From an uncultured delta proteobacterium (GTDB taxonomy: Bacteria; Desulfobacterota; Binatia; UBA9968), in the NCBI GenBank assembly GCA_963760795.1, contig CAVXEP010000003.1:160001-224000 (forward strand): 64,000 nt of DNA, in the 5' to 3' direction. Every line of letters begins with the position of its first letter. Position 1 is the stretch's first letter. The notes beneath the pieces were generated by a model that saw only the letters and a program-made list of their open reading frames with translations, was not told the DNA's origin and did no database searches. The position numbers and the translations under genes are program-made. Below are positions 1 through 10,653 of this stretch, piece after piece.

Positions 1-2
1 CC

Positions 3-140
3 AAGAACGGCACGCCGGACGTTGAGTTGACTGAAGCTCTCCCGGTGGCGGAGAATTTGGAATTCTTCCGCGCCATGGATGTTTTGGATGAATTGGAACT
101 GCTCGAAGTCATGGACATCCAAGGCAACACCGCCGCCTAG
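3..140 (+). CDS. 3' end of a gene running in from the left edge; acidic C-terminus resembles anti-sigma/DUF3619-like partners found upstream of DUF3106 genes
   Basis: Frame reads KNGTPDVELTEALPVAENLEFFRAMDVLDELELLEVMDIQGNTAA* (TAG ending 140); the product is inferred from context. Confidence 0.45.
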   Translation, partial: KNGTPDVELTEALPVAENLEFFRAMDVLDELELLEVMDIQGNTAA

Positions 141-152
141 GGAAATCGGCGC

Positions 153-404
153 ATGAATCACCGCACCTGGTTGCCTTTGACGCTATTGCTGGCGGCCGCT
201 CAGCCGGCACTGGGGGCGACCAAGGAAACCCAGCTGCCGGACAAGGAGATGCTCCAGATCATGGAGTTTTTGCGCGAAATGGAAATGATCAAGCAGATGG
301 AAATGATGCGCGAATTGAACCATGTCGAGTCGGTCGGCGAACAGGCCAAAAATAGCGTGCCGCCAAAACCGTCGCCGGTGAAAAAGAAGGAGCCCCCCAA
401 GTGA
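153..404 (+). CDS. Small secreted hypothetical protein
   Basis: 83 aa with a signal-peptide-like N-terminus (MNHRTWLPLTLLLAAAQPALG); stop overlaps the next GTG start (GTGA). Confidence 0.65.
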   Translation: MNHRTWLPLTLLLAAAQPALGATKETQLPDKEMLQIMEFLREMEMIKQMEMMRELNHVESVGEQAKNSVPPKPSPVKKKEPPK

Positions 405-1039
405 AGCTCATTGGCAAAGCAGCGATCGCACTTGGGCTTGCGGCAGCCCTGCTAACCCCGCGGGCATCGAGCCAAGCCGCTCAACCTAGCGCGATGGCCG
501 CTCAAAGCGAACAGGAATCTGGCGAGCGCTGGGAGAAAATGTCGCCGCAAGAAAAACAAGAAATGCGCGAGCGCTTCCAGCGCTGGAAAAACCTCGATCC
601 CAAGGAAAAAGCCGACCTACAAGATAAGTTCGACAACTGGCGCAAACTCCCGTCCGACGAGCGGGCCGCCGCCCGGAGAAATTTCGAGCGTTTTCAGAAA
701 CTCACGCCGGAAGAACGCGAGCGCTTACAAAAACGCTGGGAAGAGTATCGCAAGCTGCCGCCCGAACGGCGTGAAGAGATCAAACGTCGCATGCAGGCAT
801 TGCGCGACATGTCGCCGGAGAAGCGCCAGGAACTGCGCCAAAAGCTGATGGAGCGGCGCGACCAGCGCGTAGAGGAGAAGTTGGAGCGGCGCGAGAAGAT
901 GCGCGAGAATTTCGACAAGATGTCGCCCCATGAAAAGCAGGAGCTAAGGGAAAAATTTCGCGAGCGTAAAGACCAGAGCAGGTTCGAAGAAAAGCGGCGC
1001 TTCCGCGAGAAAATGCAAAGTGGCCGCGACAAGGAGTAG
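401..1039 (+). CDS. DUF3106-like periplasmic helical repeat protein
   Basis: Signal peptide followed by ~18-aa repeats W/F-x-x-L/M-S/P-P-E-E-R/K (WEKMSPQEKQ, WKNLDPKEK, WRKLPSDER, FQKLTPEER, YRKLPPERR). Confidence 0.75.
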   Translation: MKLIGKAAIALGLAAALLTPRASSQAAQPSAMAAQSEQESGERWEKMSPQEKQEMRERFQRWKNLDPKEKADLQDKFDNWRKLPSDERAAARRNFERFQKLTPEERERLQKRWEEYRKLPPERREEIKRRMQALRDMSPEKRQELRQKLMERRDQRVEEKLERREKMRENFDKMSPHEKQELREKFRERKDQSRFEEKRRFREKMQSGRDKE

Positions 1040-1041
1040 CC

Positions 1042-2469
1042 GTGAGCACGCCCCTCAGCCAAGAGCAAAAGATTATCCATTTCCTAAACCGCACGAGCTT
1101 CGGCCCAACTCAGGAAGCTGTCCAAAGGGCCGGCCGAATCGGCATCCGCGCCTATCTTGACGAACAGCTCACGCCGGAACGGATAACGGACAATACCGCC
1201 GACGAAAAAGTCGCGGGGTTGAAAACCATGCGGCTTAACAGCCGCGAGCTGATCGAACTCTATCCACCGCCAAGATTACAAAGGCAGCAAGCCGACCAGC
1301 AGGTCGGAATGGCCATGGAGTCCATGGAAGGCCCTCGCGTCGTCATCCTCGAACTGCAACAGGCCAAGCTTTTGCGCGCGCTTTACAGCAACCGTCAGCT
1401 CTTTGAAGTCATGGTGGATTTCTGGAGCAATCACTTCAACATCTACATCGCCAAGGGCGCCAACCGCTGGCTGACGACAGCCTATGATCGCGATACGATC
1501 CGGCCGCTGGCTTTAGGTAAATTTAAGGATTTGTTGGTGGCAACGGCAAAAAGCCCGGCGATGCTCTTTTACTTGGACAACTGGATGAGCGCCAGTCCGG
1601 ATTCGCCCGGCGCCCAAATGGGCGGGCCGAACAATCGGCGCCGCGGCTTGAACGAGAACTACGCGCGCGAGCTGATGGAGCTCCATACCTTGGGCGTCGA
1701 CGGCGGTTACACGCAAAAAGACGTTCAGGAGGTCGCCCGCTGTTTTACCGGCTGGACGATTGTCCAGCCGCGGGGCCAGGGTGTGTTTCGTTTCGAGCCA
1801 CGCATCCATGACAACGGCGAAAAGACCGTCCTGGGCCAACGCATTCCACGCGGCGGCGGCATGGACGATGGTCTGCGCGTCATCGACATACTGGTCAAGC
1901 ACCCGTCAACGGCGCAGTTCATCGCGACGAAGTTGGTCCGCCGCTTCAGCGCCGACGATCCTCCGCCGGCGATCGTCAACAAAGCCGTCGAGGCGTTTCG
2001 CCAGAGTGACGGCAATATCCCGGCGGTCCTGCGCGCCATCGTCGACGCGCCGGAGTTTTTCGCCCGCGACCTTTATCAGGCCAAGATGAAAAATCCCTTC
2101 GAGTTCGTCGCTAGCGCCCTACGGATTACCGGCAGCGAAGCGCAGGTAACGCACCAACTGCTGCGCTACTTGGGGCGCATGGGCGAACCGCTATTCCTAG
2201 CCCAAGCACCCACCGGCTACCCCGACATCGCGGCCTCGTGGGTCAGCGCCGATATGTTGCTGACGCGCATGAACTTCGTCACCGATCTGGTCGCCAACCG
2301 ATTACCCGGAGCCAAAGTGCCGGCGGAAACGCTGAACAATCGCGACGGGCTGATCCGCCGCATCGCGCCGGATTCGCTATCGCCGGCGACTCAAACTGCT
2401 CTGGCCGAGACCGACGGCAATCAAGCTATTGCGCTGTTGCTAGCGGCGCCGGAATTTCAAAGGAGGTAG
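1042..2469 (+). CDS. DUF1800 domain protein
   Basis: Motifs HFLNRTSFG, FWSNHF, SPAMLFYLDN, NENYARELMELHTLG and terminal PEFQRR. Confidence 0.9.
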   Translation: MSTPLSQEQKIIHFLNRTSFGPTQEAVQRAGRIGIRAYLDEQLTPERITDNTADEKVAGLKTMRLNSRELIELYPPPRLQRQQADQQVGMAMESMEGPRVVILELQQAKLLRALYSNRQLFEVMVDFWSNHFNIYIAKGANRWLTTAYDRDTIRPLALGKFKDLLVATAKSPAMLFYLDNWMSASPDSPGAQMGGPNNRRRGLNENYARELMELHTLGVDGGYTQKDVQEVARCFTGWTIVQPRGQGVFRFEPRIHDNGEKTVLGQRIPRGGGMDDGLRVIDILVKHPSTAQFIATKLVRRFSADDPPPAIVNKAVEAFRQSDGNIPAVLRAIVDAPEFFARDLYQAKMKNPFEFVASALRITGSEAQVTHQLLRYLGRMGEPLFLAQAPTGYPDIAASWVSADMLLTRMNFVTDLVANRLPGAKVPAETLNNRDGLIRRIAPDSLSPATQTALAETDGNQAIALLLAAPEFQRR

Positions 2470-2471
2470 AA

Positions 2472-3689
2472 ATGAACTCCTCGCGCCGCCATTTTTTACA
2501 ATCCACCGGTTTGGGCTTTCTTGCCCTGGGCTTACCACCGGCGTTTCTCGTCCGCACTGCGCAAGCACAGTCGGCAAAGAACAAATCTCTCGTCGTGGTG
2601 TTTCAGCGCGGCGCCATGGATGGCTTGAACGTGGTCATTCCGTTCAAGGATCCGGCCTATTACCAACTCCGCCCGAGTATCGCCGTGCGCGAACCTGGAT
2701 CGAATGATGAAAGCGCCATCGATCTCGACGGCTTTTATGGAATGCATCCGGCGTTGGCGTCGCTAAAAAGCATCTATGACAAAGGCCATTTGGGTTTTAT
2801 TCAGGCGACCGGTTCGCCCGATAACACGCGTTCCCATTTCGACGCCCAGGACTACATGGAGATCGGCACGCCGGGCATCAAAAGCACGCCGGACGGCTGG
2901 CTCAACCGCTGTTTACTGGAAAGCAGAAAAAACCAATCGCACTTTCGCGGCATCGCCGTTACCGCACAGCTACCACGCATGTTGTCAGGCCGAGCGCCGG
3001 CGCTAACGCTGTCGTCCATCGAGGAGTTTCGCTTCCGCAATGAAGCCCTGGGCAAGGCTTTGCAGAAACTCTACGCCAACACCCAGGACCGCGAGCTCCG
3101 CTTCGGCGCCGAGAGTCTCTTTGGCGCGATGACTGAGCTCAAACGACTCGATGCCAAAATACCGCTCTCGGCGGAACGCTACCCGGCGGGCCGATTTGGC
3201 ACCGGCCTGGCCCAGATCGCCCGCTTGATCAAAGCCGATGTCGGTTTGGAACTCGCTTTCACCGAGATCGGCGGCTGGGATACCCACGCCAACGAGGGTG
3301 GCGCCACCGGCCAGCTGGCCAATCGGCTGAAAGAATTGGCCGAAGGGCTCGCGGCATTTTACCGCGACCTCGGCGACCGCATGGACGATGTCGTGCTGCT
3401 GACGATGTCGGAGTTCGGCCGCACCGCGCGGGAGAATGGCAATCGCGGCACCGACCACGGCCACGCCAACGTGATGTTTGCCATGGGCAGCCGCGTGCGC
3501 GGCGGCAAAGTCTACGGCCGCTGGCCCGGCCTCGCGCCGGAAATCCTTAACGAAGGAAGAGACCTCGCTCTCACCACGGACTTCCGCACGGTCTGCGGCG
3601 AAGTGCTGACACGCCATCTTGGCCAGAAAGACCTGAGCAAAATTTTCCCAGGTTTTAGCGCGAGTACAAAATTGGGATTACTAACCTAG
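2472..3689 (+). CDS. DUF1501 domain protein with Tat signal
   Basis: RBS AGGAGG before ATG 2472; SSRRHFLQ Tat motif; GAMDGLN, RSHFDAQ, GGWDTH and SEFGRT...GTDHG motifs; typical DUF1800 partner. Confidence 0.9.
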   Translation: MNSSRRHFLQSTGLGFLALGLPPAFLVRTAQAQSAKNKSLVVVFQRGAMDGLNVVIPFKDPAYYQLRPSIAVREPGSNDESAIDLDGFYGMHPALASLKSIYDKGHLGFIQATGSPDNTRSHFDAQDYMEIGTPGIKSTPDGWLNRCLLESRKNQSHFRGIAVTAQLPRMLSGRAPALTLSSIEEFRFRNEALGKALQKLYANTQDRELRFGAESLFGAMTELKRLDAKIPLSAERYPAGRFGTGLAQIARLIKADVGLELAFTEIGGWDTHANEGGATGQLANRLKELAEGLAAFYRDLGDRMDDVVLLTMSEFGRTARENGNRGTDHGHANVMFAMGSRVRGGKVYGRWPGLAPEILNEGRDLALTTDFRTVCGEVLTRHLGQKDLSKIFPGFSASTKLGLLT

Positions 3690-3714
3690 GGGCGCAAGGT
3701 CTTGCGGCGTTTCG

Positions 3715-5534
3715 TCACCCCGGCGCGACGGCGGCAGCCGCCACCGCCGTATCGCGTTCCTGAAAACGATACTGCAAATCGTATAAACGCGCATACAAGC
3801 CGCCGCGCGCCAACAACTCCTCGTGATTGCCCTCTTCCCTGATCTCACCGTTGTGAACGACGAGAATCCGGTTGGCGTGTTTGATCGTCGACAGCCGGTG
3901 CGCGACGATCAGTGCCGTGCGATTTTTCAGCAGTTCGCTCAGCGCTTCTTGAATCAACCCTTCCGTCTGCGTGTCCACCGAGCTTGTCGCCTCGTCGAGA
4001 ATGAGAATTTTCGGGTCGAAGGCGAGCGCTCTGGCGAAAGACAATAACTGGCGCTGCCCCTGCGACAAAGTCGAACCGCGCTCTTGGACTTCTTCATGGA
4101 AGCGCTTGGGCAGCTTGTCGATGAACCGGCGTGATCTGCGCCCGTGCCGCCGCTTCGACCATGGTCTGTTCGCTAATCCGCGGGTCACCCAGTGTAATGT
4201 TGGTCGCGATGTCGCCGGAAAAGAGAAACACATCCTGCAACACCAGACCTAAATGGCGGCGCAGCTCCTGCTTGTTCCACTCCCGGACATCGATGCCGTC
4301 TACGAGAATCTGCCCGCTGTCGACATCGTAGAAGCGGCAGAGGGCGGAGATGATCGACGTCTTGCCGCCGCCGGTGGCGCCCACCAGTGCGATTTTTTCA
4401 CCCGGCCGCACCCGAAAAGAAATATTTCTTCAGCACCGGATCGCCCGGCTGGTAAGAGAGCTGGACGTTTTTGAATTCGACCGCGCCGGCGAACTTTTCA
4501 GCGCGCTTGGGTTGTCCTGGGTTCTTGACCGTCTCCGGTTGATCGAGCAACAGAAAAATCCGTTCCGACGAGGCCATGGCGGCTTGCATGATGTTGTATT
4601 TCTCGGCCAGGTCGCGGATCGGTTGGTACATGCGCTGAATGTACTGGAGGAACGCCACCAGCACGCCGGCTTCGACGGCATGGCCCAAAACCTGAAATCC
4701 GCCGTACCAGAGCAGCAAGCCGACGGAAATCGCGCTGAACACTTCGATGATCGGAAAGAACACGGCGTTGTTGCGAATGCTCTGCAACAAGACATCGCGA
4801 TAGTTGAGGTTGATCTGTTGAAAGCGCCGGTACATCCGCTCCTCTTGGCCGAACGCTTGCACCGTCGCCACGCCGGCGATGTTTTCCTGCAAGCCGGCGT
4901 TGAGCCGGCCAAGAATCAGCCGGCTCTGGCGATAGACCTCGCGGGCGCGCCGGCGATAGAAGCGGCTGAGAAAAATAATCACCGGAAACGCCGCCAGGCA
5001 GACCAGCGCCAGTTGCCAGTTGAGCCAAAGCATCACCGCCGCGATCCCGAAAACGATCGAGACATCGCCGAGAAGACCGACGACGCCGGTGCTGAATAGT
5101 TCGTTCAGCGTCTCGACATCGTTGATCGTCCGGGTCATCAGCCGGCCAACGGCGTTGCGATCGAAATAGGCCAGGTCCTGCTTTTGTAAATGGCTGAAGA
5201 TCTCCAGACGCAGATCATGCATCGCGCGCTGGCCGATATACTCGGTGGTGTAGGTCTGGATAAACAACACGACAAAGCCGCACAGGACGACCCCGAGATA
5301 GGCCAACGCCATCAAATCGAGGCCGGGAATATCTCCGGTGGCGACATACCGGTCGATGGCAATCTTGGTGATATAGGGACCGAGTAGCTGCGTGCCGGTC
5401 TGCAGCAACAAAAAGACAAACGCCACCGCGAGTAGCTTCCAGTAGGGCCGCAGGTAGCGCAGGATGCGCGCCATCAAGCGCGCGTCGTAGGCCTTGCCGA
5501 GAATCTCCTCATCGGGAAGCTGCGCGCCGATCAT
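3715..5534 (-). CDS. ABC exporter permease/ATP-binding subunit (MdlB/TmrB-like), split by two apparent frameshifts
   Basis: TM domain in 4398-5534; Walker A GATGGGKT in 4094-4411; LSQGQRQ and ILILDEATS in 3715-4233. Confidence 0.85.
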
Positions 5535-7306
5535 CGCTGCCCATCCTCAAGCATCAAGCTGGCGACTTCCCGTTCCAAGCTCTGGCGCCGGTACAAGCTG
5601 AAATAAGCGCCGCGCTGCGCCAGGAGTTCGTCATGAGTACCCTGCTCGATGATCTCACCGCCGCGCAGGTAGATGATCATGTCGGCGTCGCGCACCGTCG
5701 AGATCCGGTGGGAAATCAAAAGTGTGGTCCGGCCGCGCATGAACTGTTTGAGCTCGCGCAGAATCTCTTCTTCAGTCTCGACATCGACGCTGGAAAAAGC
5801 GTCGTCAAGAATCAGAATCGGCGGATTTTTGATCAACGCCCGCGCCAGCGCGGTGCGCTGCTTCTGTCCGCCCGACAGGCGCACGCCGCGCTCGCCGATG
5901 ATGGTGTCGAAGCCGGCGCCAAAAGACTCGATGGCCGGCAGCAATTGGGCGATCCGCGACGCCTCTTCGACGCGCGCCAACGCGCCATTCTCGACGCCCA
6001 GTAAAATATTTTCCCGCACCGATCCCGAGAAAAGAAAAATATCCTGCGAGACGTAGCCGACGGCGTCCTCCAGCTGGCGTAACGGCATCTGGCGAATATC
6101 GATACCATCGATGAGAATCGAATTCTCTGCCGGCTCATAAAGCCGCAGCATAAGATTGACCAGCGTGCTCTTGCCCGATCCGGTCTCGCCGATGATGCCG
6201 CAGACCTTGCCGGCGGCAACATGCAAATTAATATTGCGCAGCTCCGCCGCTTGGCCGGTGCCGTAGGCGAAAGTCAAATTGCGCAACTCAATATCGCCAC
6301 GCACGGCCGGTGGCGTCGCGAAACTCGCGGGACTGGCATAGCGCGCGCCGACCGGCGTATCCAGAACTTCGGCAATGCGCGTCAACGCCGCTGTGCCGCG
6401 CTGATATTGATTGGCGGTATAGCCGATCGCCATGAGCGGCCAGGTAAGCATCGCCAGATAGCCGTTGAAAGCGACGTATTCGCCCAGGCTCATGGTTCCC
6501 GCCAATACTTGGCGCCCGCCGAGCCAGAGCACGATGGTCGCGGCGATGCCGGCGTGGACCTGCATGAGCGGCCAGAATATCCCCCACAGCGTCGCCAGCC
6601 ACATGGTCTTCTTCCGGTACTCGGAGCTGATGCGATCAAAGCCGCGGATTTGATTTTCTTCCTGAGCGTAAGCTTGAACGACCCGGATGCCGGAAAAGTT
6701 CTCCAGCGTGTAGGCGCTCATCTCGCTCAGTTGATCCTGGGTCGCGCGCGACCAGCGGAAAATATGCCGGCCGAAGAAGCGCACGACGATCGGTATGAAC
6801 GGCATCGCCATCATCGACCACAAGGTCAACCAAGGATCGATGGCGATCATCAGCGTCAAACTGAAAAAAATCACCACCAGCGCATCGACGATCGCCAGCG
6901 AGCCGAATCCCATGAGCTCGCGCACCGCATGGATGTCGTTGGTCAGGCGCGACATCAGGTCGCCGATCTTGTTGTACTGAAAATAACTGAGCGGCAGCTT
7001 CTGCAGATGGGCAAACACCACATCGCGCAAATCGGCCTCGCAGCGGCGCGAGAAGCCATGAATATTGATGCGCCAACAGTAGCGGAAAAACCCTTGCAGC
7101 GAAGCCGCGCCAAGTATCAGCAGCGGGTAACTCAGCAGCGAAACGTTGCCATCCTTGGCGCGCAACGCCGTGTCGATGCCGCCCTTGATCAACCACGGCA
7201 AGGCGATGCCGGCAAGATCGGTGGCGATCAGGGAAACAACGCCGAGCAGGAGCAGCCGGCGGTAGCGGTCAACGAGAAACTTGACCCGGTGGTAGTAGCG
7301 AAGAAT
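5531..7306 (-). CDS. ABC exporter permease/ATP-binding subunit (MdlA/TmrA-like); start uncertain
   Basis: GETGSGKS, LSGGQKQR and the degenerate Walker B ILILDDAFS; frame stays open upstream of 7201 (ILRYYHRVKFLVDRYRRLLLLGVV); coupled to the partner gene. Confidence 0.85.
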   Translation of the reverse strand: MLRYYHRVKFLVDRYRRLLLLGVVSLIATDLAGIALPWLIKGGIDTALRAKDGNVSLLSYPLLILGAASLQGFFRYCWRINIHGFSRRCEADLRDVVFAHLQKLPLSYFQYNKIGDLMSRLTNDIHAVRELMGFGSLAIVDALVVIFFSLTLMIAIDPWLTLWSMMAMPFIPIVVRFFGRHIFRWSRATQDQLSEMSAYTLENFSGIRVVQAYAQEENQIRGFDRISSEYRKKTMWLATLWGIFWPLMQVHAGIAATIVLWLGGRQVLAGTMSLGEYVAFNGYLAMLTWPLMAIGYTANQYQRGTAALTRIAEVLDTPVGARYASPASFATPPAVRGDIELRNLTFAYGTGQAAELRNINLHVAAGKVCGIIGETGSGKSTLVNLMLRLYEPAENSILIDGIDIRQMPLRQLEDAVGYVSQDIFLFSGSVRENILLGVENGALARVEEASRIAQLLPAIESFGAGFDTIIGERGVRLSGGQKQRTALARALIKNPPILILDDAFSSVDVETEEEILRELKQFMRGRTTLLISHRISTVRDADMIIYLRGGEIIEQGTHDELLAQRGAYFSLYRRQSLEREVASLMLEDGQR

Positions 7307-7348
7307 CTCTCTATCCTTTGGTTCGCGGTCTGCGTGCGCAAACGAAGA

Positions 7349-7373
7349 GGGCGGGTTTCAAACCCGCCCCTAC
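7349..7373 (-). repeat. GTAG-type REP palindrome, possibly acting as a terminator after glyQS
   Basis: Reverse strand reads GTAG GGGCGGGTTT GA AACCCGCCC; next to it are the 9-mer repeats ctctgcgcc/ctttgcgct/ctttgcgac at 7383-7409. Confidence 0.65.
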
Positions 7374-7447
7374 GAATCCCAACTCTGCGCCCTTTGCGCT
7401 CTTTGCGACCATTCTTCTTTTCGGTTGCACCTATGTCGCGCTAGGTT

Positions 7448-8833
7448 TTAATCTCGCGTGACGCCAAGCTCGCCATGCACGCTCGCCCACCCGCCGTCCA
7501 TGAGTTTTTCCATGACTGCGGTCAGTGACGCAAGCGCCACGCGAATCTGCTGCATGTTGTCGCGGTCGCGAATCGTTACTTTGCCGTCGGCGGCGGCCTT
7601 GTCATCGCCGACGGTTTGGACGTCGACGGTGACGCAGAACGGCGTGCCGACTTCGTCTTGGCGGCGGTAGAGTCTGCCGATGGATGCCGTGTCGTCGTAC
7701 ACCGAATGCCAACGCTTGCGCAGATCGGCGCACAGCTTATGCGCGGTCTCGACGATCTGTGGGTTCTTCTTCAAGAGCGGCAGAACCGCGATTTTGATCG
7801 GCGCCAGCTCGGGATGAAAGTTCAGAACCACGCGCTTCTCCCCCTTCACTTCGTCCTCGCGATAAGCATCGACGAGGAACGCCAAGGTGCCGCGGTCGGC
7901 GCCAGCCGACGGCTCGATGACGAAGGGAACTATTTTTTGCTTGCTCTCTTCGTCGAAGTATTCCAGCGTCTTGCCGCTGAACTGGGCGTGCTGCTTCAAG
8001 TCGAAGTCGGTGCGGTTGGCGACTCCCTCCAGTTCGCTCCAACCCATTGGGAAAAGATATTCGATGTCGGCTGTGCGTTTGGCGTAATGCGCCAGCTCAT
8101 CTTTCTCATGTTCGCGCAGCCGTAAGTTCTCCTTGCGAATGCCGTACTTCGGATACCAGGCGAAGCGCTCGTCGAGCCAGCGCTGGTGCCAGTCTTCGTC
8201 GGTCCCCGGCATGACGAAAAATTCAATTTCCATCTGCTCGAACTCGCGGGTGCGAAAAGTAAAATTGCCGGGCGTGATCTCGTTGCGGAAGGACTTACCG
8301 ATCTGGGCGATGCCGAAGGGCAGCTTCAAACGCATCGATTGCTGGACATTTTCAAAATTGACGAAAATCCCCTGGGCGGTCTCCGGCCGCAGATAGGCGA
8401 CCGCGGCATCATCCTCCACCGGCCCCATGAAAGTCTTGAACATTAAATTGAACATGCGCGGTTCGGTGAGCTGGCAAGCGTCGTGCTGCCCTGGCTGTTT
8501 CGACGGCTTTTGCGGGCAACGCGCGTCCTCAAGTTTATCGGCACGAAAGCGCCCTTTGCAAAGTTTGCAGTCGACCATCGGATCGGTGAAGTGCTCCAAA
8601 TGGCCGCTCGCCTGCCAGACCCGCGGATGCATTAGAATCGACGCATCGAGCCCGACCATGTCGCCGCGGCTGTGCACGCAATCGCGCCACCAAGCGCGCT
8701 TGACGTTGTTCTTGAGCTCGACTCCGAGCGGCCCATAGTCCCAACAAGAGCCGGTGCCGCCATAAATCTCACTCGACTGAAAAATAAACCCGCGCCGCTT
8801 GCACAGCGACACGATCTTGTCCATTTCGACCAT
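7448..8833 (-). CDS. glyQS: Glycine--tRNA ligase, homodimeric alpha2 type
   Basis: [38 protein letters not shown] and VIEPSAG motifs. Confidence 0.95.
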   Translation of the reverse strand: MVEMDKIVSLCKRRGFIFQSSEIYGGTGSCWDYGPLGVELKNNVKRAWWRDCVHSRGDMVGLDASILMHPRVWQASGHLEHFTDPMVDCKLCKGRFRADKLEDARCPQKPSKQPGQHDACQLTEPRMFNLMFKTFMGPVEDDAAVAYLRPETAQGIFVNFENVQQSMRLKLPFGIAQIGKSFRNEITPGNFTFRTREFEQMEIEFFVMPGTDEDWHQRWLDERFAWYPKYGIRKENLRLREHEKDELAHYAKRTADIEYLFPMGWSELEGVANRTDFDLKQHAQFSGKTLEYFDEESKQKIVPFVIEPSAGADRGTLAFLVDAYREDEVKGEKRVVLNFHPELAPIKIAVLPLLKKNPQIVETAHKLCADLRKRWHSVYDDTASIGRLYRRQDEVGTPFCVTVDVQTVGDDKAAADGKVTIRDRDNMQQIRVALASLTAVMEKLMDGGWASVHGELGVTRD

Positions 8834-8864
8834 TAAAAAATCCTATCTAGAGATGAATGGTATT

Positions 8865-8893
8865 ACTCTAAGGGATGCAACAAAGAGAGTCAA
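8865..8893 (-). promoter_or_regulatory. Putative sigma70 promoter of glyQS
   Basis: Minus strand TTGACT-17 nt-TAGAGT, about 30 nt upstream of the ATG. Confidence 0.55.
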
Positions 8894-8958
8894 AAAGCGG
8901 CAAAAACCGGTTCGTGGGGGTTAATACTGCGCAATCGTGATACCGCAGCCGCTGCGAA

Positions 8959-9762
8959 CTACCAGCTCAGCATATCCTGCATCCCGTACAATCCGGGCTT
9001 TTGCCGCGCCAACCATTGCGCCGCGCGGATGGCGCCGTGGGCGAAGGTGTCGCGGCTGTGGGCGCGATGGATAAATTCAAGCCGCTCGCCGATACCGCCA
9101 AAAATAACCGTATGCTCGCCGACGATATCACCGGCGCGAACCGACAAGAGAGCTATTTCTTTTTTGCCGCGCGCGCCGACCATGCCCTTGCGGCCGTTGA
9201 TGCCGACTTTGTTCAATTCGCGATTGAGCGCATTGGCGACCGAGCGGCCGAGCGCCAAGGCCGTGCCGCTGGGCGCGTCTTTCTTGAAGCGGTGATGCGC
9301 TTCGACGATCTCCACGTCATAGTCGTCGCCAAGCATCTTCGCGGCTTTGCCTAAAAGCGCAACCAAGACATTCACACCCAAACTGGTGTTCGCCGACAAT
9401 AATGTCGGAGTTCGCTGGGCAAGCCGCTTGATAGCTCCCAACTGTTTGGCATCGAAGCCGGTGGTCGCTATGACAATGGGGATGTGTAGCTTCGCCGCGG
9501 CTTTTAGATAACCGAGGGAAGCTTCCGGATTGGTGAAATCGATGATCACTGAGTTGGGTTTGAGCGCAGGTGCAATCTGTTCGCTGACGGTCACGCCAAG
9601 CTTGCTAATACCGGAGATTTCCCCGGCATCCTTGCCGATGCGCTTGCTCTTAGGTCTATCGATGGCGGCAACGACTTCGATTTCAGCGGACTGCTGCGCC
9701 GCGCGGATCACCGCGCCGCCCATGCGCCCGCCGACTCCACAGACGATAATTCCCAGTGCCAT
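8959..9762 (-). CDS. dapB: 4-hydroxy-tetrahydrodipicolinate reductase
   Basis: GVGGRMG, IDFT, EAHHRFKKDAPSGTA and RAGDIVGEH. Confidence 0.95.
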   Translation of the reverse strand: MALGIIVCGVGGRMGGAVIRAAQQSAEIEVVAAIDRPKSKRIGKDAGEISGISKLGVTVSEQIAPALKPNSVIIDFTNPEASLGYLKAAAKLHIPIVIATTGFDAKQLGAIKRLAQRTPTLLSANTSLGVNVLVALLGKAAKMLGDDYDVEIVEAHHRFKKDAPSGTALALGRSVANALNRELNKVGINGRKGMVGARGKKEIALLSVRAGDIVGEHTVIFGGIGERLEFIHRAHSRDTFAHGAIRAAQWLARQKPGLYGMQDMLSW

Positions 9763-10641
9763 CTAGTTTTGCAGCAGCCCGAAATCGCCGAGGGCTACTC
9801 TTAGGCGCTGCAAATTGCTCTCAGCCATCGGCGTCATCGGCAAACGCAGTTCGCCGCTGCATTTACCCATCAACGCAAGCGCGGTCTTCGCCGGGATCGG
9901 GTTGGTTTCGATGAACAGGCTGCGGATCAGCGGAATCAGTTGGAATTGCATCTTGCGCGCCTCGTCCCATCTGCCTGCCAGACAAGCTTGGGCAAGCTGC
10001 GCGGTCTGCTTCGGTGCGACGTTGGCGACCGTCGAGATCACCCCTTTGCCGCCGAGAGACATGAGCGAGTAAATCAACGAATCTTCGCCCGAGTAGACCG
10101 CCAGACGGTCGCCGCACAGGCGAATCACGTCGATGGCTTGGTCCACCGAGCCGGTGGCTTCCTTGACGCCGGCAACGTTCGTGATTTCGGCAAGACGCGC
10201 CAAAGTCTCAGGTTCGATCTTAGAACCGGTGCGGCCCGGAATGTTGTAGACGATCAGCGGGATACCGACTGCCGAGGCGACCTTTTTATAATGTTGATAG
10301 ATGCCTTCCTGGGTCGGCCGGTTGTAATAGGGCGAGATCATCAACGCGCCGTCGGCGCCGGATCTTTCCGCTTCTTGGGTTAAGCGCACCGCCTCATCCG
10401 TGGAATTGGACCCCGTGCCGGCGATCACCGGCACGCGTTTATTGACGGTCTTGATGACAATGCGAATGACTTCGTCATGCTCGGCGTGACTGAGGGTCGC
10501 CGACTCGCCGGTGGTGCCGCAAGGAACAATGCCGTTGGTGCCGTTTTCCAGGTGAAACTCGACCAGCGCCTCAAGACTGGGCCAGTCGACCTGGCCGTTT
10601 TTGAATGGCGTCACCAGCGCAACCATCGAACCGCTAAACAT
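9763..10641 (-). CDS. dapA: 4-hydroxy-tetrahydrodipicolinate synthase
   Basis: GTTGES, YNIPGRTG, Schiff-base GVKEATG and ETNPIP. Confidence 0.95.
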   Translation of the reverse strand: MFSGSMVALVTPFKNGQVDWPSLEALVEFHLENGTNGIVPCGTTGESATLSHAEHDEVIRIVIKTVNKRVPVIAGTGSNSTDEAVRLTQEAERSGADGALMISPYYNRPTQEGIYQHYKKVASAVGIPLIVYNIPGRTGSKIEPETLARLAEITNVAGVKEATGSVDQAIDVIRLCGDRLAVYSGEDSLIYSLMSLGGKGVISTVANVAPKQTAQLAQACLAGRWDEARKMQFQLIPLIRSLFIETNPIPAKTALALMGKCSGELRLPMTPMAESNLQRLRVALGDFGLLQN

Positions 10642-10653
10642 AATCTTAAACTC

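Noticed and set aside
3686-3712. CTAGGGGCGCAAGGTCTTGCG as a terminator or REP between convergent genes
   Set aside because: The stem is short (CGCAAG/CTTGCG) and degenerate with no clear U-tract, too weak to call.
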